Of a stretch of 64,000 nucleotides of DNA, positions 9,453 to 18,827 are shown piece after piece. Where the stretch lies: positions 96,001 to 160,000 of IMG/VR virus record IMGVR_UViG_3300037851_000284; one strand, written 5' to 3'. The DNA is from a virus (Duplodnaviria; Caudoviricetes). The translations under genes were made by a program, and so were the position numbers. Numbering within the stretch: position 1 is the stretch's first letter; each line of letters opens with the position of its first letter. The notes beneath the pieces are model-generated. The model did not search any database and was not told where the DNA came from. It saw only the letters and a list, made by a program, of their open reading frames with translations.

Positions 9453-10387
9453 GAGTTTATAGCAATTTAAGTGGAGATACTGGTGATGGTATTTCTTATC
9501 AGCTAAAGTTAGAAAAGTTTGACGATAAGATAGATGATGGTACCTTATTCTATGGTATTGATACCACCTTTGATAGAATTGCTCATGAGAAATATAAAGA
9601 CTATAACCGTAAGATTTTATTAAACTTATGGAGTCCTTGCGAATTTACCGTACCGCCTAATCCAGCCGGAACAGCCTTTCAACAAGTTGATTATTTTAAT
9701 GAGATATATACAGTTTGTCCGTTTACTGCGAGATGGTTACGAGAAGAACTAGACAACGGAGATAATAGACACAAATTTATATGGCACCCTTTCGATTCTA
9801 GTTATATACCAAATGATAAAATAAAACCTTATGACGTTTGTTACTTCGGAGGTCTTCATGGACCAGTACACTATGATTGTATTAAGCAAATAAGAAGATT
9901 TAATTACAGATTTCTTTCCCAACAATCATATCCAGAAGTAACAAATTTTAATGTTGATTACCGTTCCAAAATGGATATAATAGCTAAAACTAAAATATCT
10001 GTATGTTATCATCAAATTCCTCTAAGGGAAGATCATAAACAGTGTATAAAGTCTTATCCGTCATGGCAAAAAAATAAAGCATTTTCTCACATAGATATAT
10101 TAAATACTCTACCTCAATTTAAAGCTAGAATGCATGAAGCGGCCTTGTGTAAAACGTTAAATCTTGTCCAAAGAGACCCTTGGAATGTTGTAGAATATTT
10201 TTATGAACCAAATGTAGATTTTATTTATTTTAATAACAACGAAGAACTTCCATACTTAATAAATAATATACTAAAAACTTGGGAATATTATCAACCAATG
10301 ATTGAATCAGCATTTAACAAATGTTTAAATTACAACGCGTTAGCAACTTATACTTTTATAAAAGATAAGAAAGAAGTATGCATATAA
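9449..10387 (+). CDS. Putative GT-B glycosyltransferase (Glyco_trans_1_2/CgeB-like); TTG start
   Basis: YDVCYFGG, KTKISVCYH, KARMHEAALCKTL, YFYEPNVDFIYFNN resemble the GT-B C-terminal domain. TTG overlaps the upstream TGA and follows AAGGGG. Confidence 0.6.
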   Translation: MRVYSNLSGDTGDGISYQLKLEKFDDKIDDGTLFYGIDTTFDRIAHEKYKDYNRKILLNLWSPCEFTVPPNPAGTAFQQVDYFNEIYTVCPFTARWLREELDNGDNRHKFIWHPFDSSYIPNDKIKPYDVCYFGGLHGPVHYDCIKQIRRFNYRFLSQQSYPEVTNFNVDYRSKMDIIAKTKISVCYHQIPLREDHKQCIKSYPSWQKNKAFSHIDILNTLPQFKARMHEAALCKTLNLVQRDPWNVVEYFYEPNVDFIYFNNNEELPYLINNILKTWEYYQPMIESAFNKCLNYNALATYTFIKDKKEVCI

Positions 10388-11121
10388 ATATACCAGATTA
10401 TATTAAACAGATTCGTATAGATGTCGGTTTAGCTGGAGAGGCACCAAACTCGGCACTATGGTTAAGCGAAACAACAGATAGGTTTGTAATAGGAATAGAA
10501 CCATTAGAAAGACACTGGAAAGATTTACATAGTTATACTCAAACAGATAGACCATATCCAAATTTTAAGATGTTACAATTAGATAGGGATGCTGTAACGT
10601 TAAATAATGAAGTAGTTTGTAAAATAGATGGAAGATTTCTAGAACTACACGCTGCTATAGATAATATACCAGAACCTCAATTAAGGTCATTCTATGAAAT
10701 AGAACAAAAAGGAGGATCTTCCGGTAGTTCCAGTCTATTAAGACCAACACCTGAACATCCATATAAGGTAGAAAAGATAATATCAGTAGAAACATTCAGT
10801 CTAGAGGATTTATTGAATAAAATAGACTGGAATAGGTTTAAATATATAGAACATATTAAAACAGATTGTGAAGGAAAAGACTTTGATGCTGTAGTAAGCA
10901 TAGGAAAGTATCTAGATAATATAGTCTTTATAAGTAGTGAGGCCACATCTAATGGTCAATATTGGTATGGTTCACAAAGCAATTTAGCATTTGAAAATTA
11001 TATGATTAATAGAGGGTTTCAAATAATAGGCCGAGGAAACGGAAACCTAGATTTTGTTAATCCAAAATTTAATGATATTATAATAAGAGATAAGCTAACT
11101 AATCATACTTTCGGAGCATAA
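10378..11121 (+). CDS. FkbM-family methyltransferase
   Basis: IDVGLAGE SAM loop, IGIEP, GSSSLL, IKTDCEGKDFDAV (KxDxEG). Confidence 0.78.
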   Translation: MHINIPDYIKQIRIDVGLAGEAPNSALWLSETTDRFVIGIEPLERHWKDLHSYTQTDRPYPNFKMLQLDRDAVTLNNEVVCKIDGRFLELHAAIDNIPEPQLRSFYEIEQKGGSSGSSSLLRPTPEHPYKVEKIISVETFSLEDLLNKIDWNRFKYIEHIKTDCEGKDFDAVVSIGKYLDNIVFISSEATSNGQYWYGSQSNLAFENYMINRGFQIIGRGNGNLDFVNPKFNDIIIRDKLTNHTFGA

Positions 11122-11122
11122 A

Positions 11123-11770
11123 ATGGATTTTATAAAGGTAGTAGTTGAAAGGGAACATCCACTAGAGTCTCCTGATTTTATAGACCCAGATGGATGTATC
11201 AATGATAATAATAACAATAATGGGTTTCTAGAACAGTTAAACTTATTAATGTTAAATCAACCTTATTCTCTATTAGATTTGGGTTGCGCTGGAGGAAAAC
11301 TAGTAGTAGATGCTTATAACCAAGGAAAAACAGCAGTTGGTCTAGAAGGAGGAAACGAAGAAGCAATCTTAACAAGAGGAGCAGGAAGACAAAATTGGAT
11401 TAACTACAAGAATAAATGTTTATTCTTTGCTGATATATCAAAAAACGTAGATATTTCAGATATAAATAATAATATATACAAATTTGATATTATAACAGCT
11501 TGGGATTTTTTAGAACACCCCGCTCCAGAAGAAATACCCTTTGTTATAGATAATATAAAGAAACATCTAAAAGATACTGGTATGTTTATTGGAACCATTA
11601 ATCCGAGCGAAGGATACAAACACCGCTGTGCGCGAGACAAAAAATGGTGGAATGAAACATTTAAATCTAAAGGGTTTAAGGTTTGTAGTTATCCTTTAAC
11701 AGTAACACCAAGGCCGTATGTAGGGTTTAACGGAATTGATTATGCTGCGTGTTTTAGATTGGAGAACTAA
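11123..11770 (+). CDS. Class I SAM-dependent methyltransferase
   Basis: LLDLGCAGG, VGLEG, FDIITAWDFLEH. Confidence 0.82.
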   Translation: MDFIKVVVEREHPLESPDFIDPDGCINDNNNNNGFLEQLNLLMLNQPYSLLDLGCAGGKLVVDAYNQGKTAVGLEGGNEEAILTRGAGRQNWINYKNKCLFFADISKNVDISDINNNIYKFDIITAWDFLEHPAPEEIPFVIDNIKKHLKDTGMFIGTINPSEGYKHRCARDKKWWNETFKSKGFKVCSYPLTVTPRPYVGFNGIDYAACFRLEN

Positions 11771-13005
11771 TGAAATTAACAAGCGACCCTAGGTGGAGTC
11801 CTAGCTGTAGAAATTGCAACAATCATCCATTAGTTCCTATTTTAGATTTAGGTATGCAAGGATGGTGTAATGATTTTATTACAAATGAACAAATTGGAAA
11901 AGAACCTACCTATAGCTTAAAATTAAACTACTGTAAGGAATGCGATATGTTACAATTGACAACTACAGTTCCAAAAGAAAGGATGTTTAAGCATCACGAT
12001 TATCTATCTGGAACAACAAAAACTCTAAGAGAGCATTTTTATAATATAGCCAAGGAGAATATAGACCAATTTAAATTATCAGGTAAGGACATAGTTCTGG
12101 ATATAGGTGGTAATGATGGAACTCAGTTGGCCCAATATAAAATACTCGGATTGAGTAATTTAATAAACGTAGAATCAGCAGATAACATAGCAAAACTTTC
12201 CAGTGCCGCAGGAATATATACTATAAATGATTTTTTTAATGATAAGTTAGCATACAATAACTTTAATCCAGGAGAAATACAGTTAATAAATGCAGCAGGA
12301 GTATTCTTCCATCTCGAAGAACTACACAGTGTTATAAGAGCTATAAAATATTTACTGGCTAGGAATGGGATATTCGTAGTACAATTTATGTATGCTGGTA
12401 TGATGATTGAAAAAGGCACTTACGACATGATTTATCACGAACATTTATTATATTATACACTACACAGTCTAGAAAATCTATTAAACCCATACGGTTTAAA
12501 GGTTTTCGACGCTTATGAATCAGATATACATAGTGGTAGTGTAATAGCAAAACTTTGTCACTCTAGCGCAAATATGGAACCAACAAAAAGATATTTAAAT
12601 TTAAAAGAAAAGGATAAAGAATATACTTTTGAAAAGTTCAAGAAGTTTGGACAAAAGATTGTTTCTGATAGATATAGATTAAGAAAATTTATAAAGGATT
12701 TAAAGGGAGAATCTAAAAAGATTTATGGGTATGGTGCTCCAGCTAAAGGAAATACTTTACTAACATATGAAAAAATTGATAATAAGCTATTAGATAAGTT
12801 AGTAGAGATAAATCCGCTGAAAATAGGAAAATATACTCCGGTAACACATATCCCAATAGTTCAGGAATCTAAAGAGGATTTACCAGATTATTATCTATTA
12901 TTAGCACATAATTTCGATAAAGAGATATTAGAAAAGAATAAAGAAATAACAGATAAAGGAGTAAAATTCATAGTTCCCTTCCCAACTCCAAGGATAATAC
13001 CATGA
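11770..13005 (+). CDS. NDP-hexose C3-methyltransferase (TcaB9/TylCIII/NovU family)
   Basis: CRNC...CKECDMLQL Zn site, YLSGTT, VLDIGGNDG, YDMIYHEH, IHSGS, GYGAPAKGNTLL, K.GKYTP.THIPI, LLAHNF: the full canonical motif set. Confidence 0.92.
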   Translation: MKLTSDPRWSPSCRNCNNHPLVPILDLGMQGWCNDFITNEQIGKEPTYSLKLNYCKECDMLQLTTTVPKERMFKHHDYLSGTTKTLREHFYNIAKENIDQFKLSGKDIVLDIGGNDGTQLAQYKILGLSNLINVESADNIAKLSSAAGIYTINDFFNDKLAYNNFNPGEIQLINAAGVFFHLEELHSVIRAIKYLLARNGIFVVQFMYAGMMIEKGTYDMIYHEHLLYYTLHSLENLLNPYGLKVFDAYESDIHSGSVIAKLCHSSANMEPTKRYLNLKEKDKEYTFEKFKKFGQKIVSDRYRLRKFIKDLKGESKKIYGYGAPAKGNTLLTYEKIDNKLLDKLVEINPLKIGKYTPVTHIPIVQESKEDLPDYYLLLAHNFDKEILEKNKEITDKGVKFIVPFPTPRIIP

Positions 13006-13943
13006 GAAAAATATTAATAACAGGAGCCCTAGGTTTTATAGGATCAGTATTGGTAAAAAAGTTATTATTAGACGGTTACAATTCTATTACTGTTCTAGAT
13101 AATATTAAATATAGGCAGATCGGACCCATATATGATTACGACGACCCAGATATTACTTTTGTATACGGAGATGTAAGAGACACTAAACTATTAAAAACTC
13201 TTGTTACACATAATGATGTAATAATACCATTAGCAGCAATAGTAGGAGCTCCTGCTTGCGATATGTTTCCCGATGAGGCCACGGATGTTAACCATATACA
13301 AATAAAAAATATAGCAGAGTGGTTATCTAGAGAACAAATGTTAATTTATCCTAATAGTAATAGCGCTTATGGTACATCAAAGATTACAGTAACAGAAGAC
13401 AGTCCAAGAAGACCACTTAGTCATTATGCTAAAACTAAGTGTTTTGCTGAAGATGAAGTATTACATGGAGGAAATGGTGTAGTTTTAAGATTAGCTACAG
13501 TATTTGGACTTTCTCCTAGAATGCGCATGGATTTGTTAGTTAACGATTTCACCTATAAGGCTTATACTGATGGGTATTTAGTTTTGTTTGAATCAAGCTT
13601 CAAAAGAAATTATATACATATACAAGATGTGGCTAACACATTTATATTTATGATGGATAATTATAAGAAATGTAATAATAAAGCATTCAATGTTGGTTTA
13701 TCTAATGCTAATTTATCCAAACTTGAGTTAGCACAGGTTATTAAGAAATATCTACCAGAATTGGTAATAAAAGATGAAGAGTTTAAGAAAGACGTAGATA
13801 AGAGAAATTATATAGTATCTAATGAGCGTCTGGAATCCATGGGTTGGAAACCAACCAAGACTGTAGACGATGGTATTCAAGAACTACTTAAAGTTTGTCC
13901 AATTATAAAGGCCCATAACGATAGAAACTTTACCAATTTATAA
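13002..13943 (+). CDS. NAD-dependent epimerase/dehydratase (extended SDR)
   Basis: ILITGALGFIGS, PLAAIVGAPAC, YAKTK (YxxxK), LRLATVFGLSPRMRMDLLVNDF, RNYIHIQD. Confidence 0.88.
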   Translation: MRKILITGALGFIGSVLVKKLLLDGYNSITVLDNIKYRQIGPIYDYDDPDITFVYGDVRDTKLLKTLVTHNDVIIPLAAIVGAPACDMFPDEATDVNHIQIKNIAEWLSREQMLIYPNSNSAYGTSKITVTEDSPRRPLSHYAKTKCFAEDEVLHGGNGVVLRLATVFGLSPRMRMDLLVNDFTYKAYTDGYLVLFESSFKRNYIHIQDVANTFIFMMDNYKKCNNKAFNVGLSNANLSKLELAQVIKKYLPELVIKDEEFKKDVDKRNYIVSNERLESMGWKPTKTVDDGIQELLKVCPIIKAHNDRNFTNL

Positions 13944-14076
13944 GGAAACTAAATAAATTCTAATATAAAACATCCAATATGTTTTGGTGAACTTAAATAT
14001 ATAAAAAATAATACTTATATGCGCACAGTATATAATTTATTGAATAATCAGGAATTAAAAATGTAAGGATAGAAGA

Positions 14077-14991
14077 ATGAACGCTATAATTACAGGGTTT
14101 ACAGGATATCTAGGAAAACATTTAACAAAATTCTTAAAGAACTTAGGATGGAATCTTACTGGAATATGTTCTCAGTATCCAAGCTTGTTTTGTCCTGCTA
14201 GTGAGATAAACGATTGTATTAAAGAAGATACTCCTGATGGGTCTGTTGATTATATATTTCACCTTGCAGCGGTAGCTAAAGCTGGAAATTGGCATGAGTA
14301 TCATAAAGGAGACGTTTGGACACAAAACCAAAAGATTAATACCAATATTCTAGATTACTGGCTTAAATATCAACCTCAAGCCAAACTAATAGCTATGGGT
14401 ACTTCGTGTAGTTACGACTCTTCTTTGTCACTAACAGAAGATAACTATCTTAATGGAAAACCAGAAGACAGTTTAGCTTCCTATGCTTATACAAAACGCA
14501 TGCTTCTAGTTGGATTACAATCAATTTCTTCCCAATATGGATTAAAATATAATTATCTAATACCTTCAACTATTTATGGACCTAACTTTGTTAAAAACGA
14601 CAGTCATTTTATATTTGATTTAATTAAAAAGATATATGCTGGGTCTAAAGGAGATACAGTAGAGCTATGGGGAAACGGGGAACAAAAAAGAGAGCTAATT
14701 TATATAGATGATGTTGTTAAAACTATATATAATACTTTAAATCTAGACAATGAAATACTAAATATAGGTTATGGTAAAGAATATAGTATAAAATCTTATG
14801 CTAAATTTATATGTAATTATTTAAAATATGATTTTAATAATATTCACTTTAATGAAAAGAAGTTTGTTGGTGTGAAATCAAAATTATTAGATATTACACG
14901 CATACAATACTTTGTTCCAGATTACATATCGTCGCTAATTGGACTATCTGACGGATTACAAAAAACTATAGACTATTATAGGAGTACATAA
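14077..14991 (+). CDS. GDP-L-fucose synthase-like NDP-4-keto-sugar epimerase/reductase
   Basis: ITGFTGYLG, FHLAA, GTSCSY, YAYTKRM, PSTIYGP, LWGNGEQKRELIYIDD. Confidence 0.78.
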   Translation: MNAIITGFTGYLGKHLTKFLKNLGWNLTGICSQYPSLFCPASEINDCIKEDTPDGSVDYIFHLAAVAKAGNWHEYHKGDVWTQNQKINTNILDYWLKYQPQAKLIAMGTSCSYDSSLSLTEDNYLNGKPEDSLASYAYTKRMLLVGLQSISSQYGLKYNYLIPSTIYGPNFVKNDSHFIFDLIKKIYAGSKGDTVELWGNGEQKRELIYIDDVVKTIYNTLNLDNEILNIGYGKEYSIKSYAKFICNYLKYDFNNIHFNEKKFVGVKSKLLDITRIQYFVPDYISSLIGLSDGLQKTIDYYRST

Positions 14992-15515
14992 TGAAAACAG
15001 AAGTGGTTGGAAAAATTAATTTTGAAAGAACGGATAACACTAGGGATTTAACTGAACTAGCTGAACTAATAGAAAAAGAGGTTGGAGAAAGAAAAGCAAC
15101 AATATCACCAGAGCGCAGATATCTACCAACATTAGCAGAACTTATAGATAGATTAAGCATATTACAACTAAAAGAAGTATTCATACCAGAACATAAAGAA
15201 GAATATGCTAAAGAAATTAAAGATATTATGCACGATATAGACATAATATTAAATGAAGGACAGATAATTTTAGATGCTAAAACGATCAGAGCAATTATAG
15301 TATTAAGCCAGATGAATTTACATATTTGGTTTAATGAAAGTGAAGCCAGAAAAGGAAATAAAGAAGGAAATAAACTAGAACTAACCCACGGTTTGAACGG
15401 GATTAGAAACACATCTAAAAATATAATACAAGATATTTTAACTGGAGAAAATAGAAAAGATTATAAAATAGATTGTCTAGCTGCCGAATTTAAAACATGG
15501 GAGATTAGTTGGTAA
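14991..15515 (+). CDS. Hypothetical helical protein (TLAELIDRLSILQLK motif; DUF6165/DUF4254-like)
   Basis: Coupled to both neighbours by TAATG overlaps. The motif resembles small proteins seen near glycosyltransferase clusters; family call tentative. Confidence 0.45.
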   Translation: MKTEVVGKINFERTDNTRDLTELAELIEKEVGERKATISPERRYLPTLAELIDRLSILQLKEVFIPEHKEEYAKEIKDIMHDIDIILNEGQIILDAKTIRAIIVLSQMNLHIWFNESEARKGNKEGNKLELTHGLNGIRNTSKNIIQDILTGENRKDYKIDCLAAEFKTWEISW

Positions 15516-16084
15516 TGCGAAAAAATTATGCTGGACAAATAATAAATGGAGTAGAACCATTAGAATTCATAGAAATAAGTAACCACTCCAGTAAATGGAA
15601 ATGTAAATGTGTATGTGGAAATATTTTTAATGCTTGGATAAATGGACTTCAAAAAGGAATTAAATGTGGATGTAAAAGTGGATGTAAAAAACGCTTAACT
15701 GGAAAGAAATCTCCTTCTTGGAAAGGAATAGGAGATTTACCAGCAAGTTTTATAGCAAATATAAAATCACAAGCGAAATTTAGAAATATAGAATGGAATT
15801 TGGATATAGAATATTTATGGAAATTATTTTTAGAACAGAATAAAAAATGTAAATATTCTGGATTAGAATTAAATTTCACAGAAAAATATTCAGAAGCGAT
15901 CCATAATAAAGGAACAGCCTCATTAGATAGAATAGATTCCGATAAAGGATACATTATTGGAAATGTTCAATGGATTCATAAAGATATAAACTTTATGAAA
16001 CAAGAATATAGTCACAAAAGATTTATAAATTATTGCGATTTAATATCAAATTATAGCGGCTCTAATAGGAAAGATGATGTGTAG
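15515..16084 (+). mobile_element. Free-standing HNH-type homing endonuclease gene
   Basis: WKCKCVCGN...CGC N-terminal Zn motif, CKYSG, SLDRIDSDKGYIIGNVQWIHKDINFMK. ATG 15515 overlaps the upstream TAA. Confidence 0.8.
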
Positions 16085-16101
16085 GAAACTATTCTAATTA
16101 T

Positions 16102-17097
16102 ATGTTACTAATAGCTCTAGGAACACGCCCTGAGTGGATTAAGATACAACCACTAATTCCCCTTCTAAAAAAAGAAGGAATACCATATAAATTGCTACAT
16201 ATTGAACAACATCAAGATCTTGTGAATATTTCGGAAGAACATGATACTCTGCCATTATATGACATATCGTCTGACCGTCTTACTAACATTCATTTAAACG
16301 TGCTAGAACAGGCTGAGAACTGGCTTAAAGGAGTAAAGGCAGTCTTGGTACAGGGAGATACTAGCAGCGCTTATAGCATGGCATTGGCCGCCTTTATAAG
16401 AAAGGTACCAATAGTACATCTAGAAGCTGGTTTAAGGACATATAACATGGAAAATCCTTATCCGGAAGAATATAATAGAAGAGCTATCAGTTTAATGGCT
16501 AAGGTACACTTATGTCCAACTAACCAAAATGCTCAAAATCTTGTAAAAGAGGGAGTAAGGGCATCAAAATATGTAGTAGGAAATACAGTTCTAGACACTA
16601 TAGATTCTACTCCTTTAAATGAATCAAATTTAGTTCTGGTAACTATGCATCGTAGAGAAAATTGGCCAATTATTAATGATTGGTTTACGGCCATTAAAAA
16701 ATTAGCTAAACAGACTAGTTCATTAACCTATTTAATAGTAATGCATCCGGCAATAAAATATCCATCTGATTTTAGTAGTTCTAATATATCACTCATAACT
16801 CCACTTAGCAGAGAAGATACTATTAATTATATAAAAAAGAGCAAAATGATTATTACAGATAGCGGAGGTATACAAGAGGAGGCTTGTTATCTACATAAAA
16901 AGGTTATTATTTGTAGAAAAGTAACCGAAAGACCAGAGAGTATATGGCTTAATGCTACATTATGTAAAACTCCAGATTATTTATGTAGAGCCTTTTGGAA
17001 AATGTTAAATAAAAGACTAACTGATTACCAGTGTCCTTATGGTGATGGGCACGCAAGAGAAAAAATAATAGAAATACTTAAAAAGGAGATAGTATGA
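16102..17097 (+). CDS. wecB: UDP-N-acetylglucosamine 2-epimerase (non-hydrolysing)
   Basis: GTRPEWIK, VQGDT, HLEAGLRT, PYPEEYNR, VGNT..D, TMHRREN, TDSGGIQEEA, TERPE, PYGDG. Confidence 0.95.
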   Translation: MLLIALGTRPEWIKIQPLIPLLKKEGIPYKLLHIEQHQDLVNISEEHDTLPLYDISSDRLTNIHLNVLEQAENWLKGVKAVLVQGDTSSAYSMALAAFIRKVPIVHLEAGLRTYNMENPYPEEYNRRAISLMAKVHLCPTNQNAQNLVKEGVRASKYVVGNTVLDTIDSTPLNESNLVLVTMHRRENWPIINDWFTAIKKLAKQTSSLTYLIVMHPAIKYPSDFSSSNISLITPLSREDTINYIKKSKMIITDSGGIQEEACYLHKKVIICRKVTERPESIWLNATLCKTPDYLCRAFWKMLNKRLTDYQCPYGDGHAREKIIEILKKEIV

Positions 17098-17366
17098 ATT
17101 TTAAATTAAGACACGATAGACTATTACTTACACCCATAGAAAAGACCAAAACTGAAGGAGGAATATTACTTCCTGATAATAACAATGACCCATGGATGTA
17201 TGGACTAGTTGAAGCGGTTGGGCCTAAAATAGAAGACATTAATATAGGAGATGTAGTATGCTTCTATAAGTGTGATGCTAATCGTATAGAAGTAGAAGGA
17301 AGAAGTTATATTCATTTGAGAGATGGACACATAGTTGGAATACAACTATCACCAAAGGAAGAATAA
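17094..17366 (+). CDS. groES: Co-chaperonin GroES/Cpn10
   Basis: DRLLL...KTEGGILLP mobile loop, GLVEAVGP, IGDVV, EGRSY...IVGI. Confidence 0.9.
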   Translation: MNFKLRHDRLLLTPIEKTKTEGGILLPDNNNDPWMYGLVEAVGPKIEDINIGDVVCFYKCDANRIEVEGRSYIHLRDGHIVGIQLSPKEE

Positions 17367-18523
17367 TGATTAATATATATTCACCAATTAATATATTGGG
17401 TTACGGGATTCATTCCTGTAATATGATTAAAGCTCTTATTGAAAATGGACAGGAAATTAACCTAACTCCAATAGGAGATATACAACTAGACCATTTCTTT
17501 GAAATGTATATAAAGGATGCAGAAAAGAATAAAGATAGATATTCTGCTAAAGAACCATCATTATTTTTATTTCATGATGAATTTAGCAATCAAGCTGCTG
17601 GAAATCCGTTATTTACGTTCTCTATATTTGAAACTTCTCAAATAAAAACCCGTTCGTTTAATATGTTAGAAAACGGACCAACGGATGTTATATTAACGAC
17701 TACGTCAGGACATCTAGAATATCTGGTTAATCAAAAAATAACAAAACCCATTGAAGTAGTAAATGAAGGAGTAGACGAAACTCTTTATAATACGATACCA
17801 ATAGATAAATATCTAGACACTAAAAAGTTTACCTATATCACTATGGGTAAAAAAGAGGAAAGAAAGAACACAGACCTATTATTAAGATTATTCATTTTTA
17901 ATATGAAGGAAAAAGATGTAGCATTAATATGTCATACGTTTAATCCGTTCATAAATAAAACTAAAGACCACCCATTTAAAAACCTAGCTTGTTGGTCGGG
18001 AGTTAATCCGCTTAAACACGGGTTTGAATATAAAGGATTTAATGGTAAGGCGCATTTATTTATATATAAAAATTGTGAAATTTATTTTACAGTACCTACT
18101 ATTCATATATCAAACATGCCTTCTTTATTACATTCAGCCAATGTAGGTATACAAGTATCTAGAGGTGAAGGATGGGACCTTCCAGCAACAGAACTGATGG
18201 CCTGCGGTATTCCAATAATAGCAACAAACTGTCTAGGTCATAAAGAGTATATAAATGACAACTGTCCGGATATTCAGAAGGAATTAATAATTAAGAAAGA
18301 AACCTCTACTATAGCTCATGATGGTATGTGGTTTAATGGCGACCAAGGAATTTGGGATAATCTTAATACATTAAAATTAGAAGAATTACTAACATATACC
18401 TTTGATAATCAATCAAAATATGCTAACAAAAGCGATGAATTGGCTGATTATATGTCAAAAAAGTATTCTTGGAATAACGCCGCTCAAAAATTAATAGAAG
18501 TAATAAAGAAATATAGAGGCTAA
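17366..18523 (+). CDS. GT4-family (GT-B) glycosyltransferase
   Basis: LGYG N-terminus, NEGVDETLY, GKKEERKN, SRGEGWDLPATELMACGIPIIATN (Ex7E motif). Confidence 0.88.
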   Translation: MINIYSPINILGYGIHSCNMIKALIENGQEINLTPIGDIQLDHFFEMYIKDAEKNKDRYSAKEPSLFLFHDEFSNQAAGNPLFTFSIFETSQIKTRSFNMLENGPTDVILTTTSGHLEYLVNQKITKPIEVVNEGVDETLYNTIPIDKYLDTKKFTYITMGKKEERKNTDLLLRLFIFNMKEKDVALICHTFNPFINKTKDHPFKNLACWSGVNPLKHGFEYKGFNGKAHLFIYKNCEIYFTVPTIHISNMPSLLHSANVGIQVSRGEGWDLPATELMACGIPIIATNCLGHKEYINDNCPDIQKELIIKKETSTIAHDGMWFNGDQGIWDNLNTLKLEELLTYTFDNQSKYANKSDELADYMSKKYSWNNAAQKLIEVIKKYRG

Positions 18524-18524
18524 T

Positions 18525-18827
18525 ATGCTAGATAAAAAAGTTATAGATTCTATTTATAATAAAAGAATAGAAATCCATTATAATGAATGGGTATTTAAGG
18601 CCAACGGAGAGACAATAAAAATAGATTTAAAAGGAAAGATTAAATGTCCAGTATTTAACTCAGGTATTTCTTCGTTAACCTGCTCTAAATTAATGGATAG
18701 AGAAGATTGGCCAAGAGGAATTGATCCTTTAATATGCAAGAAATGTGATTGTTTTATAGCTCTGTCTATTAAAAAATACCAAGAGATAAAAAAAGAAAAG
18801 AAAGTAGAGCCTACAGATGGAACTTAA
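18525..18827 (+). CDS. Hypothetical Cys-containing protein
   Basis: Fills the gap between neighbours; C-x11-C...CKKCDC. Confidence 0.5.
   Translation: MLDKKVIDSIYNKRIEIHYNEWVFKANGETIKIDLKGKIKCPVFNSGISSLTCSKLMDREDWPRGIDPLICKKCDCFIALSIKKYQEIKKEKKVEPTDGT

Noticed and set aside
13990-14040. Sigma70 promoter
   Set aside because: TATAAT is present, but there is no TTGACA-like -35 at the right spacing and no TG extension; expected by chance in such AT-rich DNA.
1-18523. Bacterial O-antigen/capsule locus
   Set aside because: No flippase, polymerase, ABC exporter or priming transferase. It has inteins, a homing endonuclease and a lone GroES, and directly adjoins a phage baseplate module.
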